From a virus: DNA of 64,000 bases. Location of the stretch: IMG/VR virus record IMGVR_UViG_3300045988_114753; one strand, given 5' to 3'. The notes under the pieces are model-generated. The model was given only the letters and a program-made list of their open reading frames with translations. It made no database searches and was not told the origin of the DNA. Below, piece by piece: positions 32,208-41,848 of the stretch (positions are counted from its first letter, which is position 1; the number at the start of each line of letters is the position of its first letter). Both the position numbers and the translations under genes were made by a program.

Positions 32208-33669
32208 AAAGATTTCTTTTGAAGTACAAGGATTTGATGTTATAGACGATTATTCAGATAATCAATTTGCTATTGCTGAAATTTATGTATGTCACGATGG
32301 CAATAATCTGCATAATATGCCTATTGACTTATCCGTAATCAAAAAAGCAAAAAGGACTTTAAAAAATAAATTCTTAGTTGCTGGTTTTGATGGAGATGAC
32401 TTTGAGGGTCACGAGCCTGATGAACTAATTGTGGGCGTCTTTCCAGAAAGTTCAGAGATGAAATTCGTTGAGAAGAATGGAAAGACTTATCTTGTTGCTC
32501 AAGCCATCATTTCTAAAGTTTATGCAAAATGGGCTTATGATGTGTTTGTAGAAGATGAAGATAACGAGAGAGCTGTTTCAATGGAAATTACTGTGTTAGG
32601 TACAGAATTACAAGATGATGGATTAGAACATATTACTAAATTCGTATTTAATGGGGTAACTTTACTTGGAGAGTCTCATATGCCCGCCTGTGAAGGCAGT
32701 AATGCGTCTATAATCAAGTTCAGTAAGGAAAACGCATTGAAAGTTTACAGCAAGCGTTTAAAAAATTCTGAAAAGATTAAGAAGAATTTTGTTAGAGATA
32801 TGGAGCTTGCAGAAATTTCAAGAAAGGAGGAGAGCGAAGAAATGGAAGATAAAGAAAAAGAAGTTGTAGAAACAGTTGAAGAAGAAGTTAAAGAAACTCC
32901 AGTGGAAGGAACTGAAGAAGTTAAAGAAACTGAAGAATTTGCAAAAGAAGCTTCTGACGATGAAACTTATATGGAAGAAGATGAGTCTGAAAAAGAAGAA
33001 GACGATAAGGATGACGAAGAAAAGTCTGATGAGGAGTCTGACGAAAAAGAAGACGAAGAAGACGACGATAAGGACGAAAAGGAAGAAGATATGGAATGCA
33101 ACAAAGACTTCGAGTCATTAACTGTTGAACAAAAATATGAAGTATTCCGCTCTGCTGTTGAAGAGTCTCTTGATGGATGTGGATATTTAGAGTCTTATGA
33201 CGATGAATATTTATATGTTTATGATTATTGTGACGGAAATACTGTCAGATATGCTTATACTTTAGATGGTACTACTTGTACTATCGATGTAGACTCTAAA
33301 ACAAGAGTAATGCGTGGTGGTTATGTAGAATTTGAAGTGTATGAAGAAGACAATAATAAATTAGAGACACTTGAAAAAGAAAACTGCGAGCTTAAGGAAA
33401 AACTTATGGCTTATGAAACAGCTGAAAAGGAAAAATCTGTTGAAGCTATTTTATCAGAAGTAGTCGACGTAATTCCTGCTGACCGCATCGCAGAACTTCG
33501 TGAAAAATCTGCTGATTTCTCTTTAGATAATTTGTCAGTATTTGAAAACGAAGTAAAAGCAATCGCTTTTGAAGCTGTTGCAAAAGAAGTTAAAGGTAGT
33601 AAGTATAGTTTTACAAAAATGCCTATTAACAACGAAATGGAAAAGAAGACATCTAAATATGGATGGTAA
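32200..33669 (+). CDS. scaffolding-like protein with Glu/Asp/Lys low-complexity linker (possible prohead protease fusion)
   Basis: Lies between portal and capsid genes. About 90 aa of acidic low complexity (EEMEDKEKEVVETVEEEVKET...DDDKDEKEED). C-terminal coiled coil. Confidence 0.45.
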   Translation: MDKKISFEVQGFDVIDDYSDNQFAIAEIYVCHDGNNLHNMPIDLSVIKKAKRTLKNKFLVAGFDGDDFEGHEPDELIVGVFPESSEMKFVEKNGKTYLVAQAIISKVYAKWAYDVFVEDEDNERAVSMEITVLGTELQDDGLEHITKFVFNGVTLLGESHMPACEGSNASIIKFSKENALKVYSKRLKNSEKIKKNFVRDMELAEISRKEESEEMEDKEKEVVETVEEEVKETPVEGTEEVKETEEFAKEASDDETYMEEDESEKEEDDKDDEEKSDEESDEKEDEEDDDKDEKEEDMECNKDFESLTVEQKYEVFRSAVEESLDGCGYLESYDDEYLYVYDYCDGNTVRYAYTLDGTTCTIDVDSKTRVMRGGYVEFEVYEEDNNKLETLEKENCELKEKLMAYETAEKEKSVEAILSEVVDVIPADRIAELREKSADFSLDNLSVFENEVKAIAFEAVAKEVKGSKYSFTKMPINNEMEKKTSKYGW

Positions 33670-33705
33670 GAAAAAAATAATTAATTTTGAAAGGAGAAAT
33701 AAAAA

Positions 33706-34242
33706 ATGGCAAAATCAATTTTAATTCCAACTCTAGTTGCTGCTAAAAATATCGATAGCTTAAATAGAAGTTTCGTTTCTACAGCAGACTTAGATAACGG
33801 AAATGTATTTGGAAAAGGAGAACTTTCAACTAATGCTGGTGAAAGTCAAGTTTATAAAACAGTTACACCTGCTACAGGAAGCTTATCTGGATTATATATG
33901 GCATTCTCTGCTGAAGATGTTGTATTAACTGATGATTTAGGAAATCAATTCAAAGTTGGTACATTAGACCCAAGAGCTTTCACAAACAAAGCTGGTACAG
34001 TATTTAGTGGATTTAAACCACAAGTAGGAGATTTAGTTTTAATTTCTGCTGATGGTATTTCAGGAGACGCTGCTGCTTACGCTGTTGCTGCAAATGGAGC
34101 TAGTCAATTAGCATTTGCTGAAGCTGCTGGTGCTGGATTAAGTTTCAAAGTTGTTGAAACTACTTATATTTCACTTGCTAGTGCAAATAATATTGGTTCT
34201 CAAAGAGTTCCTGCTTATTTATTAGAATGTGTAGCTAACTAA
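33706..34242 (+). CDS. head structural protein (decoration or scaffold-like, 178 aa, Ala/Gly-rich)
   Basis: Very strong SD (GAAAGGAGAA). Immediately upstream of the capsid gene, with a near-identical translation-initiation region. Confidence 0.45.
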   Translation: MAKSILIPTLVAAKNIDSLNRSFVSTADLDNGNVFGKGELSTNAGESQVYKTVTPATGSLSGLYMAFSAEDVVLTDDLGNQFKVGTLDPRAFTNKAGTVFSGFKPQVGDLVLISADGISGDAAAYAVAANGASQLAFAEAAGAGLSFKVVETTYISLASANNIGSQRVPAYLLECVAN

Positions 34243-34353
34243 TTTGAGTCATCAATCAAGGCTAATAACAAGTAAATATACACAGTTCGTATATCACTAT
34301 TTATAAAAGTGTAAAAAATAAATAATTTATTAATTTTGAAAGGAGAATATAAA

Positions 34354-35451
34354 ATGGCAAAATTACCAAATAGTGTCTTAGCTTTCACAGCAGATAGTGC
34401 TGATAGAAAAGAAGGATACACAAACTTTGTAGAATACTACAATTTATATAAAGAAGGAAAAACTCAAAATGCCAATGGTGTTAGTTTTTCTGAAATGAAC
34501 GAAAAAATGTTAACATTCTTCTCTGATGAAGTAGCAAGATTATCAGGAAAGAAACAATCAGACGTACCTGATTTAGCAACTTATTGCAACTTCAGTGACG
34601 TTAAAGAAGCTGCTTTTGCAGTAGTTGGTATGTTAACTGATTTAATCATCCCAGATGCTTTAATTAAAGATTTAGGAATGATTGCTGAAATCAAAAACGG
34701 TGGATGGGGAGACAGTTTAAAAGTTGAACTTAAACCAAGAGATTTATTCGTTGTATCAAAAGGCGGAAGAAATCGTAGAACTTATGACGTAACTCGTCAA
34801 TTCAAAGGTGAAAAGACTATCGTTCCTGAGTCAAGAGGAATTACAGTTGGTATTTCTTTATATGACGTATTAAAAGGAACTTATTCATTAGCAGAATTTG
34901 TTGCTAAAGCAGTATTATCTATGGAAATTCAAATGAAATATGATATTTATGATGCTTTCGCAGCAGCTATGAATGCACTTCCAAACACAACTGGTGCTAG
35001 TCAATTAAGAATTAGTGGTTTCTCTCAAGACACTGCTATCGCTTTAGCACAAAAAGTTCAAGCTTGGAATGGTGGAGCTAAACCAGTTTTCTTAGGAACT
35101 AAATTAGCTTTATCTAAAATCTTACCAGCATCAACTAATGCTCGTATCTTATTAGGAGACGAATATGTTAAAGTTGGTTATATGAGAGACTTTATGGGTA
35201 TCTCAACTATTGAATTAGAACAAGTTGCAGACTTTACTACTGAATTTGCAGTAAAATTAGATGATAAGAAAATCTATGTAATCTGCCCAGGTACTGATAA
35301 AATGGTTAAAGTATTCGTTGAAGGTTCTACATTATCTAATGTTGATGGTAACTATGCAAATGCTAACTTAACTCAAACAGCTACATTATATAAATCTTAT
35401 GGTGTAGGTGCTATTAGTTCAGCATTAGCAGGTGTTATTGAATTAGCTTAA
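34354..35451 (+). CDS. major capsid protein
   Basis: 365 aa from ATG 34354 (GAAAGGAGAA SD). Followed by a strong terminator. Assigned by position in the head module. Confidence 0.6.
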   Translation: MAKLPNSVLAFTADSADRKEGYTNFVEYYNLYKEGKTQNANGVSFSEMNEKMLTFFSDEVARLSGKKQSDVPDLATYCNFSDVKEAAFAVVGMLTDLIIPDALIKDLGMIAEIKNGGWGDSLKVELKPRDLFVVSKGGRNRRTYDVTRQFKGEKTIVPESRGITVGISLYDVLKGTYSLAEFVAKAVLSMEIQMKYDIYDAFAAAMNALPNTTGASQLRISGFSQDTAIALAQKVQAWNGGAKPVFLGTKLALSKILPASTNARILLGDEYVKVGYMRDFMGISTIELEQVADFTTEFAVKLDDKKIYVICPGTDKMVKVFVEGSTLSNVDGNYANANLTQTATLYKSYGVGAISSALAGVIELA

Positions 35452-35475
35452 TTGTAACACAAAAGAATATTAGAG

Positions 35476-35506
35476 GAGAGGCTTCATAAGAGCCTCTCTT
35501 TATTTT
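35476..35506 (+). terminator. intrinsic terminator after the capsid gene
   Basis: GAGAGGCT-7 nt-AGCCTCTC followed by TTTATTTT. Confidence 0.75.
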
Positions 35507-35533
35507 AATTTAGAAAAAAAGGAGAGATAAATA

Positions 35534-36157
35534 ATGGCAAATACTAAAACAAGTGCAAAAAATAATAGTGATGCAAAAAAGATTAAAGAGTTAGAAAAGA
35601 CAATTTCAGATTTAAACGCTGTAGTTCAAATGTTAATGAAGCAAGGAGTTTCAACTCCAACAGTTGAAACAGAAGGCGAAAGAGATGTAGTATTTATTTC
35701 TTTATGTAATCATATACTTAATCTTTCTACTGAACCAAATGGAGGAGGCACTATTTATACTTTCACTGAATTTGGTGAAGAGCAAGCTATTCCTTATTCT
35801 GATGCTAGAAAAATAATTAAAAACAATAAAAGTTTTATTAAAGGTGGTAAGTGTTACATTGCTGATGATAAGATTATCAACACAGAACATTTAACTAGCG
35901 ATTATAAAAAAATTCTTAGTAAAGATGATTTATTGGATTTATTATCATCAGATAGGGTTAAATTTAGAAATATCTTTGATAAAATGACACCAACTCAACA
36001 AGAAATATTCAGAGATGTTGTTGTTGATAAATTATCTAAAGATAAAAACAGTGTAGATATGAATATTGTTCAATATATAAATGAGTCTTTAAATATCGAT
36101 ATTTTAAAAAGTATTGATTATAACAAGGAGTTGTTGGTTGTTAAAGACGAAAACTAG
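35534..36157 (+). CDS. hypothetical protein (207 aa)
   Basis: AAGGAGAG SD; head/connector module. Confidence 0.6.
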   Translation: MANTKTSAKNNSDAKKIKELEKTISDLNAVVQMLMKQGVSTPTVETEGERDVVFISLCNHILNLSTEPNGGGTIYTFTEFGEEQAIPYSDARKIIKNNKSFIKGGKCYIADDKIINTEHLTSDYKKILSKDDLLDLLSSDRVKFRNIFDKMTPTQQEIFRDVVVDKLSKDKNSVDMNIVQYINESLNIDILKSIDYNKELLVVKDEN

Positions 36158-36171
36158 AGGAGGCTGGGAAT

Positions 36172-36627
36172 ATGACACCATATGATGACATATTGGATTT
36201 AGCGTTAGTCTCTATTGAAGATTATAGATTGAATAAACTTTCTACAGACTCGCCAGCTGAATTTAAGTTGATTTTAGAGGGATTTATGATTAGAGGGTTA
36301 TCTAATTTTGAAAACTGTATAAAAGACCTTTCTGACAGAGATGATGAAGCACATCAATTCAATGTTGTTCTTGATGATTTAGAAAAGTCAATTATCGCTG
36401 ACTGGACTGCTATTATGTGGTTAGATAAAGAGATAAATGACACTCGTCAAATTACATCTATGCTACAGAATAGAAATGAAGCTCATAGATACTCTGAAGC
36501 TAACAACTTAAAAGCTAAAGCCGACCATCGTGTACAAATGGTTGAAGATGTTAAACATAAGCAAACAACTTATAGTTTAAAACACGCAGATTGGAAGGGG
36601 TGGGCTAGTGGCAACTATCAATTATAA
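36172..36627 (+). CDS. hypothetical protein, head-tail connector region (151 aa)
   Basis: GAGGAGG SD; position only. Confidence 0.55.
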   Translation: MTPYDDILDLALVSIEDYRLNKLSTDSPAEFKLILEGFMIRGLSNFENCIKDLSDRDDEAHQFNVVLDDLEKSIIADWTAIMWLDKEINDTRQITSMLQNRNEAHRYSEANNLKAKADHRVQMVEDVKHKQTTYSLKHADWKGWASGNYQL

Positions 36628-36976
36628 AGATTTTCAATTAGATGATAACGCAACAGTGCAATCATTAAAAATCTTAATAAATCAATGTTGGAAAACTCTT
36701 CCTATATTTGAAGGAAAAAATAAAGAAAACCAAATTGTTTATTCTCGTGAGGAGGCATATGAGAATTATCAAAAACATTTGTGTTTTTTAATTACTAAAG
36801 TCTCTGGTGCAAGTAAAATTTGGCAGGATAATCAATATTATGTAGAACTTGTTTATATCTTAGTTGGTATGCAAGATTTTACAGAAGATGAGCACGACAG
36901 AGTAAAATATATAGTGCATCATTGTACCAAACTTATCAACAATATGATAGAGATGGTATTAAACGATGAGTCTTAA
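36608..36976 (+). CDS. hypothetical protein (122 aa)
   Basis: GTG start after AAGGGGTGGG; overlaps neighbours. Confidence 0.55.
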   Translation: MATINYKDFQLDDNATVQSLKILINQCWKTLPIFEGKNKENQIVYSREEAYENYQKHLCFLITKVSGASKIWQDNQYYVELVYILVGMQDFTEDEHDRVKYIVHHCTKLINNMIEMVLNDES

Positions 36977-38255
36977 ATATTACGATGCGGCTCAGAAGAT
37001 TAGACAACCAAATCCTAAAGCATCCTATTATGCAGATTATAATGCAATATTAGATTTTAGTTTTGATAATGCCCCAAATGTTGTTTATGATGAAGTCGAA
37101 TACGAACAAACGTATGGTGAAAATGATTTCGTCAAAATCAATAAAGTCCGTGTTGATACTATATTAAACTATAATACTGGTATTATATTGGGTGATGATT
37201 ATAAAACATTTATATTTGCTCCTGATTTTCCAGTTACGCCTTATTATGGAATGAAATTTCGTTGGCAAGGCAGTTATTGGTTAGTAATCAACACTAATTC
37301 TTATGCAAGTATACCTAACACAGCAGAGGTCAGACGTTGTAATAATGTGTTGAGGTTCTTTGATAAAGATGGTTCAAGAATTTACGAACCTTGTATATTA
37401 GATTATACATTACGTTTCGCAAATAATGAAGAGTCTATGGAAATTATTGTTGGTAATGGTGAACAAAAAGTTTGGTGCCAACGTAATAAGAGAACAACAA
37501 CAATCAAACCAAATGACAGATTTTTATTTGGTACTCCAGAACAAAGAGTCGCATTTAGACTTTATGGTGGTGGTACTAAAAACTATATGAATGGAGTTAC
37601 TATGGATGATAATTCACCTACAATAACAGAATTTTATGTAGACCATTATGAAACAAATCCGTTATTTGATGATTTTGAAAATGGTTTTGCTGATGCTTAC
37701 TTGAATGAGGTGACTATAAAAATTGAGGATGTTGTTAATTCGTTAAATGTAGACGAAAGTGCTGTTTTAAGTGCTAAGGTATACAAAGGGACAAAAGAAG
37801 TTGCTAACACCAATGTCTTATGGAAATCTTCTGACGATACCATAATTGAGATTAGTGATAATATAGCGACTGCTAAACAAGTTGGTAGTGCAACTATAAC
37901 TGCTTATATCGAAAATACAACGATACAAAGTAGTATTGATATAAATGTTGTGGAGGAGCCTACTGAAGACGTAATAGAATTAATAGCAGAACCTAATATA
38001 GATTATGTACTACAAAATAAATCACAACAATTTGTAGTTTATTTATATAAAAACGGTATCAAGCAAACTGACGGCGTGTCTTTTGCTGATATGTCTGTGG
38101 GTATACCAGTTGGAAAATACACAATCGTAGTAGACAATGATAATGCGTTCACACTTTTCAATAAGGGAATGTATATGAATGCACCAGTCATTGTAAGGTG
38201 TGTATGTGGAGAGACTACGTTAGATATGAAAATTAAGTTAAGGGGGTTATATTAA
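36966..38255 (+). CDS. structural protein with bacterial Ig-like (Big_2-type) domain
   Basis: Segment LSAKVYKGTKEVANTNVLWKSSDDTIIEISDNIATAKQVGSATITAY matches the Big_2 pattern (W.SS....a.v...G.v.a...G.a.Ita). Confidence 0.55.
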   Translation: MSLKYYDAAQKIRQPNPKASYYADYNAILDFSFDNAPNVVYDEVEYEQTYGENDFVKINKVRVDTILNYNTGIILGDDYKTFIFAPDFPVTPYYGMKFRWQGSYWLVINTNSYASIPNTAEVRRCNNVLRFFDKDGSRIYEPCILDYTLRFANNEESMEIIVGNGEQKVWCQRNKRTTTIKPNDRFLFGTPEQRVAFRLYGGGTKNYMNGVTMDDNSPTITEFYVDHYETNPLFDDFENGFADAYLNEVTIKIEDVVNSLNVDESAVLSAKVYKGTKEVANTNVLWKSSDDTIIEISDNIATAKQVGSATITAYIENTTIQSSIDINVVEEPTEDVIELIAEPNIDYVLQNKSQQFVVYLYKNGIKQTDGVSFADMSVGIPVGKYTIVVDNDNAFTLFNKGMYMNAPVIVRCVCGETTLDMKIKLRGLY

Positions 38256-38803
38256 TGATTAGTGATGTAAAACCATATGCTATATATGAAAACCTACCTA
38301 ATATTTCTTATAGAATAATTGAATATTTAATGACTAGCCCAGATGCTGAAATCATATGGAAATTATTAAAGTATGATGACGCCGATGCATATAGTCGCCC
38401 TAATTTAACTTTAGAGGAAAAATCAAAGTTAATATATAATGGTGAAGCGGTATTGTCTAAATATAATGTATTTTTTGATTATATGATGGACGACGCTGAA
38501 GACCAAATGAAAACTTTACTACGAATTTATCCAGCAGAAGTTTACCCAACAACTAGAGTCACTGGTATATGCACAGTGAATTTAGAGGTATTTACGCATA
38601 GCAAAATAAATCATCTATCAAATTATACTACAAGGGTAGATGTCATCATACAAACACTTTTGAAGGTATTAAATGGTGCTGATGTTGGTGGTATTGGAGT
38701 TTTATTCTTTGATAATCAAGGTAGCCGTTATGACAGAATACAGACAATAGGACAAAAACCTTATAAAGGTAAATTGTTGAAAATGTCTGTTAATATGGGG
38801 TAA
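38255..38803 (+). CDS. hypothetical structural-module protein (182 aa)
   Basis: ATG overlaps the previous stop (TAATG). GGGGG SD. Confidence 0.6.
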   Translation: MISDVKPYAIYENLPNISYRIIEYLMTSPDAEIIWKLLKYDDADAYSRPNLTLEEKSKLIYNGEAVLSKYNVFFDYMMDDAEDQMKTLLRIYPAEVYPTTRVTGICTVNLEVFTHSKINHLSNYTTRVDVIIQTLLKVLNGADVGGIGVLFFDNQGSRYDRIQTIGQKPYKGKLLKMSVNMG

Positions 38804-38805
38804 TT

Positions 38806-39567
38806 ATGTTAGAGCATATTAAAGAATTATACTTTGATGAGCCAATCCCATATAAAGAATTATTAATTTACCCAGTAACAATGAAAGACTATTTAGAATT
38901 TCATTGGCTAGTAAGTTGTTTATTGATTGATAAGAATAGCATACCAGACATCAATGTTATTTCTATGTCGTATTTACGATTTTTGTATTATAACGCTGCA
39001 AATAATGATGAGCCATATGTATATATGATAAAAATGTTATTATGTATGGTCTTACATATGGATTTTAATGAAGAAATGAGTTTTTATGTTGACGAAAAAA
39101 GTGATAAAGCATTTTTCAAAGTAAGAGGCGTTGCTTATAGTGGTTCTGATTTTGACGAAATAGTTAAGATTATATTTGAGCAAAACTGTATAACTCCTAT
39201 TGATAACACAATTCAAAAGGAAGTTAGAGACGCTTTAGAAAAAGCCGAAGAATTTAAGATGCAACAAACTAAGCAAAAAATGTGTTCTTTAGAAGAGCAA
39301 ATGATTTGTGTATTAATTTCAACTCCATTAAAATTAGAAGACATCTACAAACTAACTATTAGGAAGTTTGAGAAGATTTTGCAACGTGTTGATGCAAAGT
39401 TACACTATCAAATTTATCTTAATGCGTCTATGTCAGGTATGGTTAAATTTAAAGATGAAAGTGTAATTCAACACTGGATGAATGATTTAACAAAAGACGA
39501 CAGATATTCTGATGTTAAAGTTGATATGGACACAATGCGTAATAAAATTGAAAGTGTAAACAAATAA
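38806..39567 (+). CDS. hypothetical structural-module protein (253 aa)
   Basis: Tightly packed ORF. Confidence 0.6.
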   Translation: MLEHIKELYFDEPIPYKELLIYPVTMKDYLEFHWLVSCLLIDKNSIPDINVISMSYLRFLYYNAANNDEPYVYMIKMLLCMVLHMDFNEEMSFYVDEKSDKAFFKVRGVAYSGSDFDEIVKIIFEQNCITPIDNTIQKEVRDALEKAEEFKMQQTKQKMCSLEEQMICVLISTPLKLEDIYKLTIRKFEKILQRVDAKLHYQIYLNASMSGMVKFKDESVIQHWMNDLTKDDRYSDVKVDMDTMRNKIESVNK

Positions 39568-39638
39568 AATATCTATGCTATTGGATATAAAATATAATAG
39601 CTTTATATAAAATATTATTTCATAAGGAGGAATTATAA

Positions 39639-40670
39639 ATGAAAAAGTTTTTAGTTAGTACAGCTGATGTGTACGGATATGACTCTAATGATAACTTATT
39701 ATTCGTTGGTAAAACTTTATTAGATAGTTCTATTGAAACAACATTATCTAATACTGACGTAAGAGCAGGTAAAGGTAACCAATTACAATATATTTATTAT
39801 CACACAGCTGAAATGAATATCACTATTAACGAAGCACAATTCTCATTAGCATTCTTAGCTTTAAATACTGGTTCATCTATTGAAACAGGAGCTAATGTTT
39901 GGACTGAAGAAAGTGTTACAGTTACTAATGGTGTAGGTAGTGTTACAAAGGGTACTCCTTTAGCTCTTCAAACTCAAACTGTTTATGGTTGGGTAACTAA
40001 AGAAGATGAAACAGTAGAAAGAGTTACATTTAGTGGTGCACAATTCACTTTAGCAGATACTAATTACGATGGTACTGTTTGTGTAAGATATTATACAAAT
40101 GACTCTGCTGCAAGAAAAGTAACCGTTTATGCTGATATGTTACCTTCTGTAATTAGATTAGTAATGGTTGGTACTTTAGCAAGTTCTGACTCTACAACTA
40201 ACCAAATCGGAACAGTACAAATCGAAGTTCCAAGAGCTTCTATGACAGGGGCATTTACATTAAGTATGACACCAGACTCAGTTGCTCAAACTCCATTATC
40301 AGTAAGAGCATTATCTTCAACAGTTAATGCTGGTGGTTGTGATGGTAATAGACCAATTTATGCAACTATCACTGAAAAAATAAATGGTGCTAAATGGTAT
40401 GACAACGTAATTGCTTTAGCTATTGAAGGTGGAGACTTCACTATGACAAATGGAACATCAAAACAACTTCAAGTTTACGCTATTAAAAATGATGGCTCTG
40501 CTGCATTCTTAGCTCCTGTAAATGGAATTACATTTGCTAGTGATAAACCTGCTACAGCTACTGTAGAAGGTGGTTTAGTAGTTGCTAAGGCCGCTGGTAC
40601 AACAACAATTAAGGCTACAATTACAGATATGCCTGACATTGATGCTAACGTTATTGTAACAGTTGAATAA
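39639..40670 (+). CDS. major tail protein with C-terminal Ig-like domain
   Basis: Strong SD (AAGGAGG). Thr/Ser/Val-rich. C-terminus ITFASDKPATATVEGGLVVAKAAGTTTIKATI is Big_2-like. Lies upstream of the tape measure. Confidence 0.55.
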   Translation: MKKFLVSTADVYGYDSNDNLLFVGKTLLDSSIETTLSNTDVRAGKGNQLQYIYYHTAEMNITINEAQFSLAFLALNTGSSIETGANVWTEESVTVTNGVGSVTKGTPLALQTQTVYGWVTKEDETVERVTFSGAQFTLADTNYDGTVCVRYYTNDSAARKVTVYADMLPSVIRLVMVGTLASSDSTTNQIGTVQIEVPRASMTGAFTLSMTPDSVAQTPLSVRALSSTVNAGGCDGNRPIYATITEKINGAKWYDNVIALAIEGGDFTMTNGTSKQLQVYAIKNDGSAAFLAPVNGITFASDKPATATVEGGLVVAKAAGTTTIKATITDMPDIDANVIVTVE

Positions 40671-40675
40671 TCATT

Positions 40676-40876
40676 ATGTATTGCAAGTATTGTCAATGTA
40701 TCACAAAGAGTGTATTTGAGCAGTATTTAAACTGCTCACTCTCTCGTGATTATTGTTTAAAACAGAAGTTCTGTCATAAAGAAAACAAACCTGTGCATAC
40801 AGATGATTGGCAAAAATGCCCTAGATTAGTAAAAGAGGAGGATAAGAATGAGAATTTTCAAAAACAAACAAAATAA
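40676..40876 (+). CDS. possible Cys-rich small protein (66 aa)
   Basis: ORF without a clear SD that overlaps the next gene. Doubtful. Confidence 0.3.
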   Translation: MYCKYCQCITKSVFEQYLNCSLSRDYCLKQKFCHKENKPVHTDDWQKCPRLVKEEDKNENFQKQTK

Positions 40877-41111
40877 AGAAGAAGTAACTATTGAAAGTAA
40901 TAAAGACTTAGAAACTCCTGTAGTGGCTAAGGAAGAAATCAAAGAAGAAAAGAAAACTACTAGAACAACAACTAGAAAGAAAAATACTGTAAAAACAGTA
41001 TGTAGGGTTTTGGTTGCTACACCTTCATATTTTGTTATAGATAAAAACGGTGAACAAATCACTGTCAACAAGAAAAATAATTATCATAGAAATGAAGAAA
41101 TTTTATATTAA
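40848..41111 (+). CDS. hypothetical basic protein (87 aa)
   Basis: AGAGGAGGA SD. Confidence 0.55.
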   Translation: MRIFKNKQNKEEVTIESNKDLETPVVAKEEIKEEKKTTRTTTRKKNTVKTVCRVLVATPSYFVIDKNGEQITVNKKNNYHRNEEILY

Positions 41112-41125
41112 TTTCTTCTCTTTAT

Positions 41126-41176
41126 ATAGAGTATTCATTGGGAATTTATTGGGTTCGACTCCCAAACTCTATGCCA
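41126..41176 (+). ncRNA. tRNA-like minihelix (7-bp acceptor stem, 4-bp hairpin, canonical T-arm, discriminator G, encoded CCA); truncated tRNA or tRNA mimic
   Basis: ATAGAGT (41126-41132) pairs with ACTCTAT (41166-41172). T-arm is TTGGG-TTCGACT-CCCAA (41149-41165). GCCA at 41173-41176. Only 16 nt (ATTC-ATTGG-GAAT-TTA) replace the D and anticodon arms. Confidence 0.5.
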
Positions 41177-41200
41177 AATATTGTTGATAGGAGGGGTCAA

Positions 41201-41830
41201 ATGGATTGGAATGCGATACTTGATGAAATTAAGACTATCGGTACTGCACTTGGCACCGTAATATTTACTGGTTATATCACATATAAGACTTTTAGTTCAA
41301 AATTAGAAAAATGGAGACAAGAAGATAAGGTTAATGTTCCTAAAAATATAGAGAAACAATCTAAACTTGATTGTGAAATTATGACAGAGGCAGATAAATT
41401 GAAAGAATTGTTAAATGCTGATAGAGTACAAATATATGAATTTCATAATGGGATACATTATGCAAATGGGCGTAGTGCTCTTAGGACATCTTGTACTTAT
41501 GAGGCTTGTCGTTTTGGCGTAGAGGGGTGTATAGACAGATTAAATGGGATACCTCTTAGTGTTATACCAACATTTATTAAAACCTTGTTAGATAAAGGGG
41601 AACTATTAGTAAAAGATTTAGAAGATATAAAAGAAACAATGCCTTCTACATATAACTTAAAAAAATCAATGAGCATTCAATCGTTCTATGATTTTGCTAT
41701 CCATAATACAAATGGAGAACCTGTGGGCTTTGTTGCAGTGCAATTTTGCGGTGGAGATATTAAAAATTTAAACAAGGATGCAGTAAAAAGATTTGCTTGG
41801 TTTGTGGAGAGTAAATTGTTAGAAATGTAA
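41201..41830 (+). CDS. membrane-anchored hypothetical protein (209 aa from ATG 41201)
   Basis: ATG 41201 follows TAGGAGGGG. The track TTG start at 41138 would read through the tRNA-like element. Hydrophobic segment IGTALGTVIFTGYITY. Confidence 0.6.
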   Translation: MDWNAILDEIKTIGTALGTVIFTGYITYKTFSSKLEKWRQEDKVNVPKNIEKQSKLDCEIMTEADKLKELLNADRVQIYEFHNGIHYANGRSALRTSCTYEACRFGVEGCIDRLNGIPLSVIPTFIKTLLDKGELLVKDLEDIKETMPSTYNLKKSMSIQSFYDFAIHNTNGEPVGFVAVQFCGGDIKNLNKDAVKRFAWFVESKLLEM

Positions 41831-41848
41831 TTTTCAAGGAGGCTATCT

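Noticed and set aside
32876-33121. Alternative-frame ORFs 32876..33121 (+) and 32921..33118 (-) rich in Lys/Leu or Leu/Arg
   Set aside because: They are frame artefacts of the GAA/GAT/AAA-rich acidic low-complexity region of the scaffolding-like gene.
40475-41071. Minus-strand ORFs 40475..40696 and 40826..41071
   Set aside because: They are antisense to the major tail gene end and to 40848..41111, and are hydrophobic low-complexity translations without SD.
41149-41176. attP core (3' end of a host tRNA) implying a temperate, integrating phage
   Set aside because: No integrase, excisionase or repressor-like gene is recognisable in the 64 kb. The matching 5' acceptor strand is also present. 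Kept only as an alternative in the finding.
41138-41200. Track start (TTG 41138) for the 230-aa ORF
   Set aside because: It would translate through the tRNA-like element and has no SD. The ATG at 41201 has TAGGAGGGG at ideal spacing.
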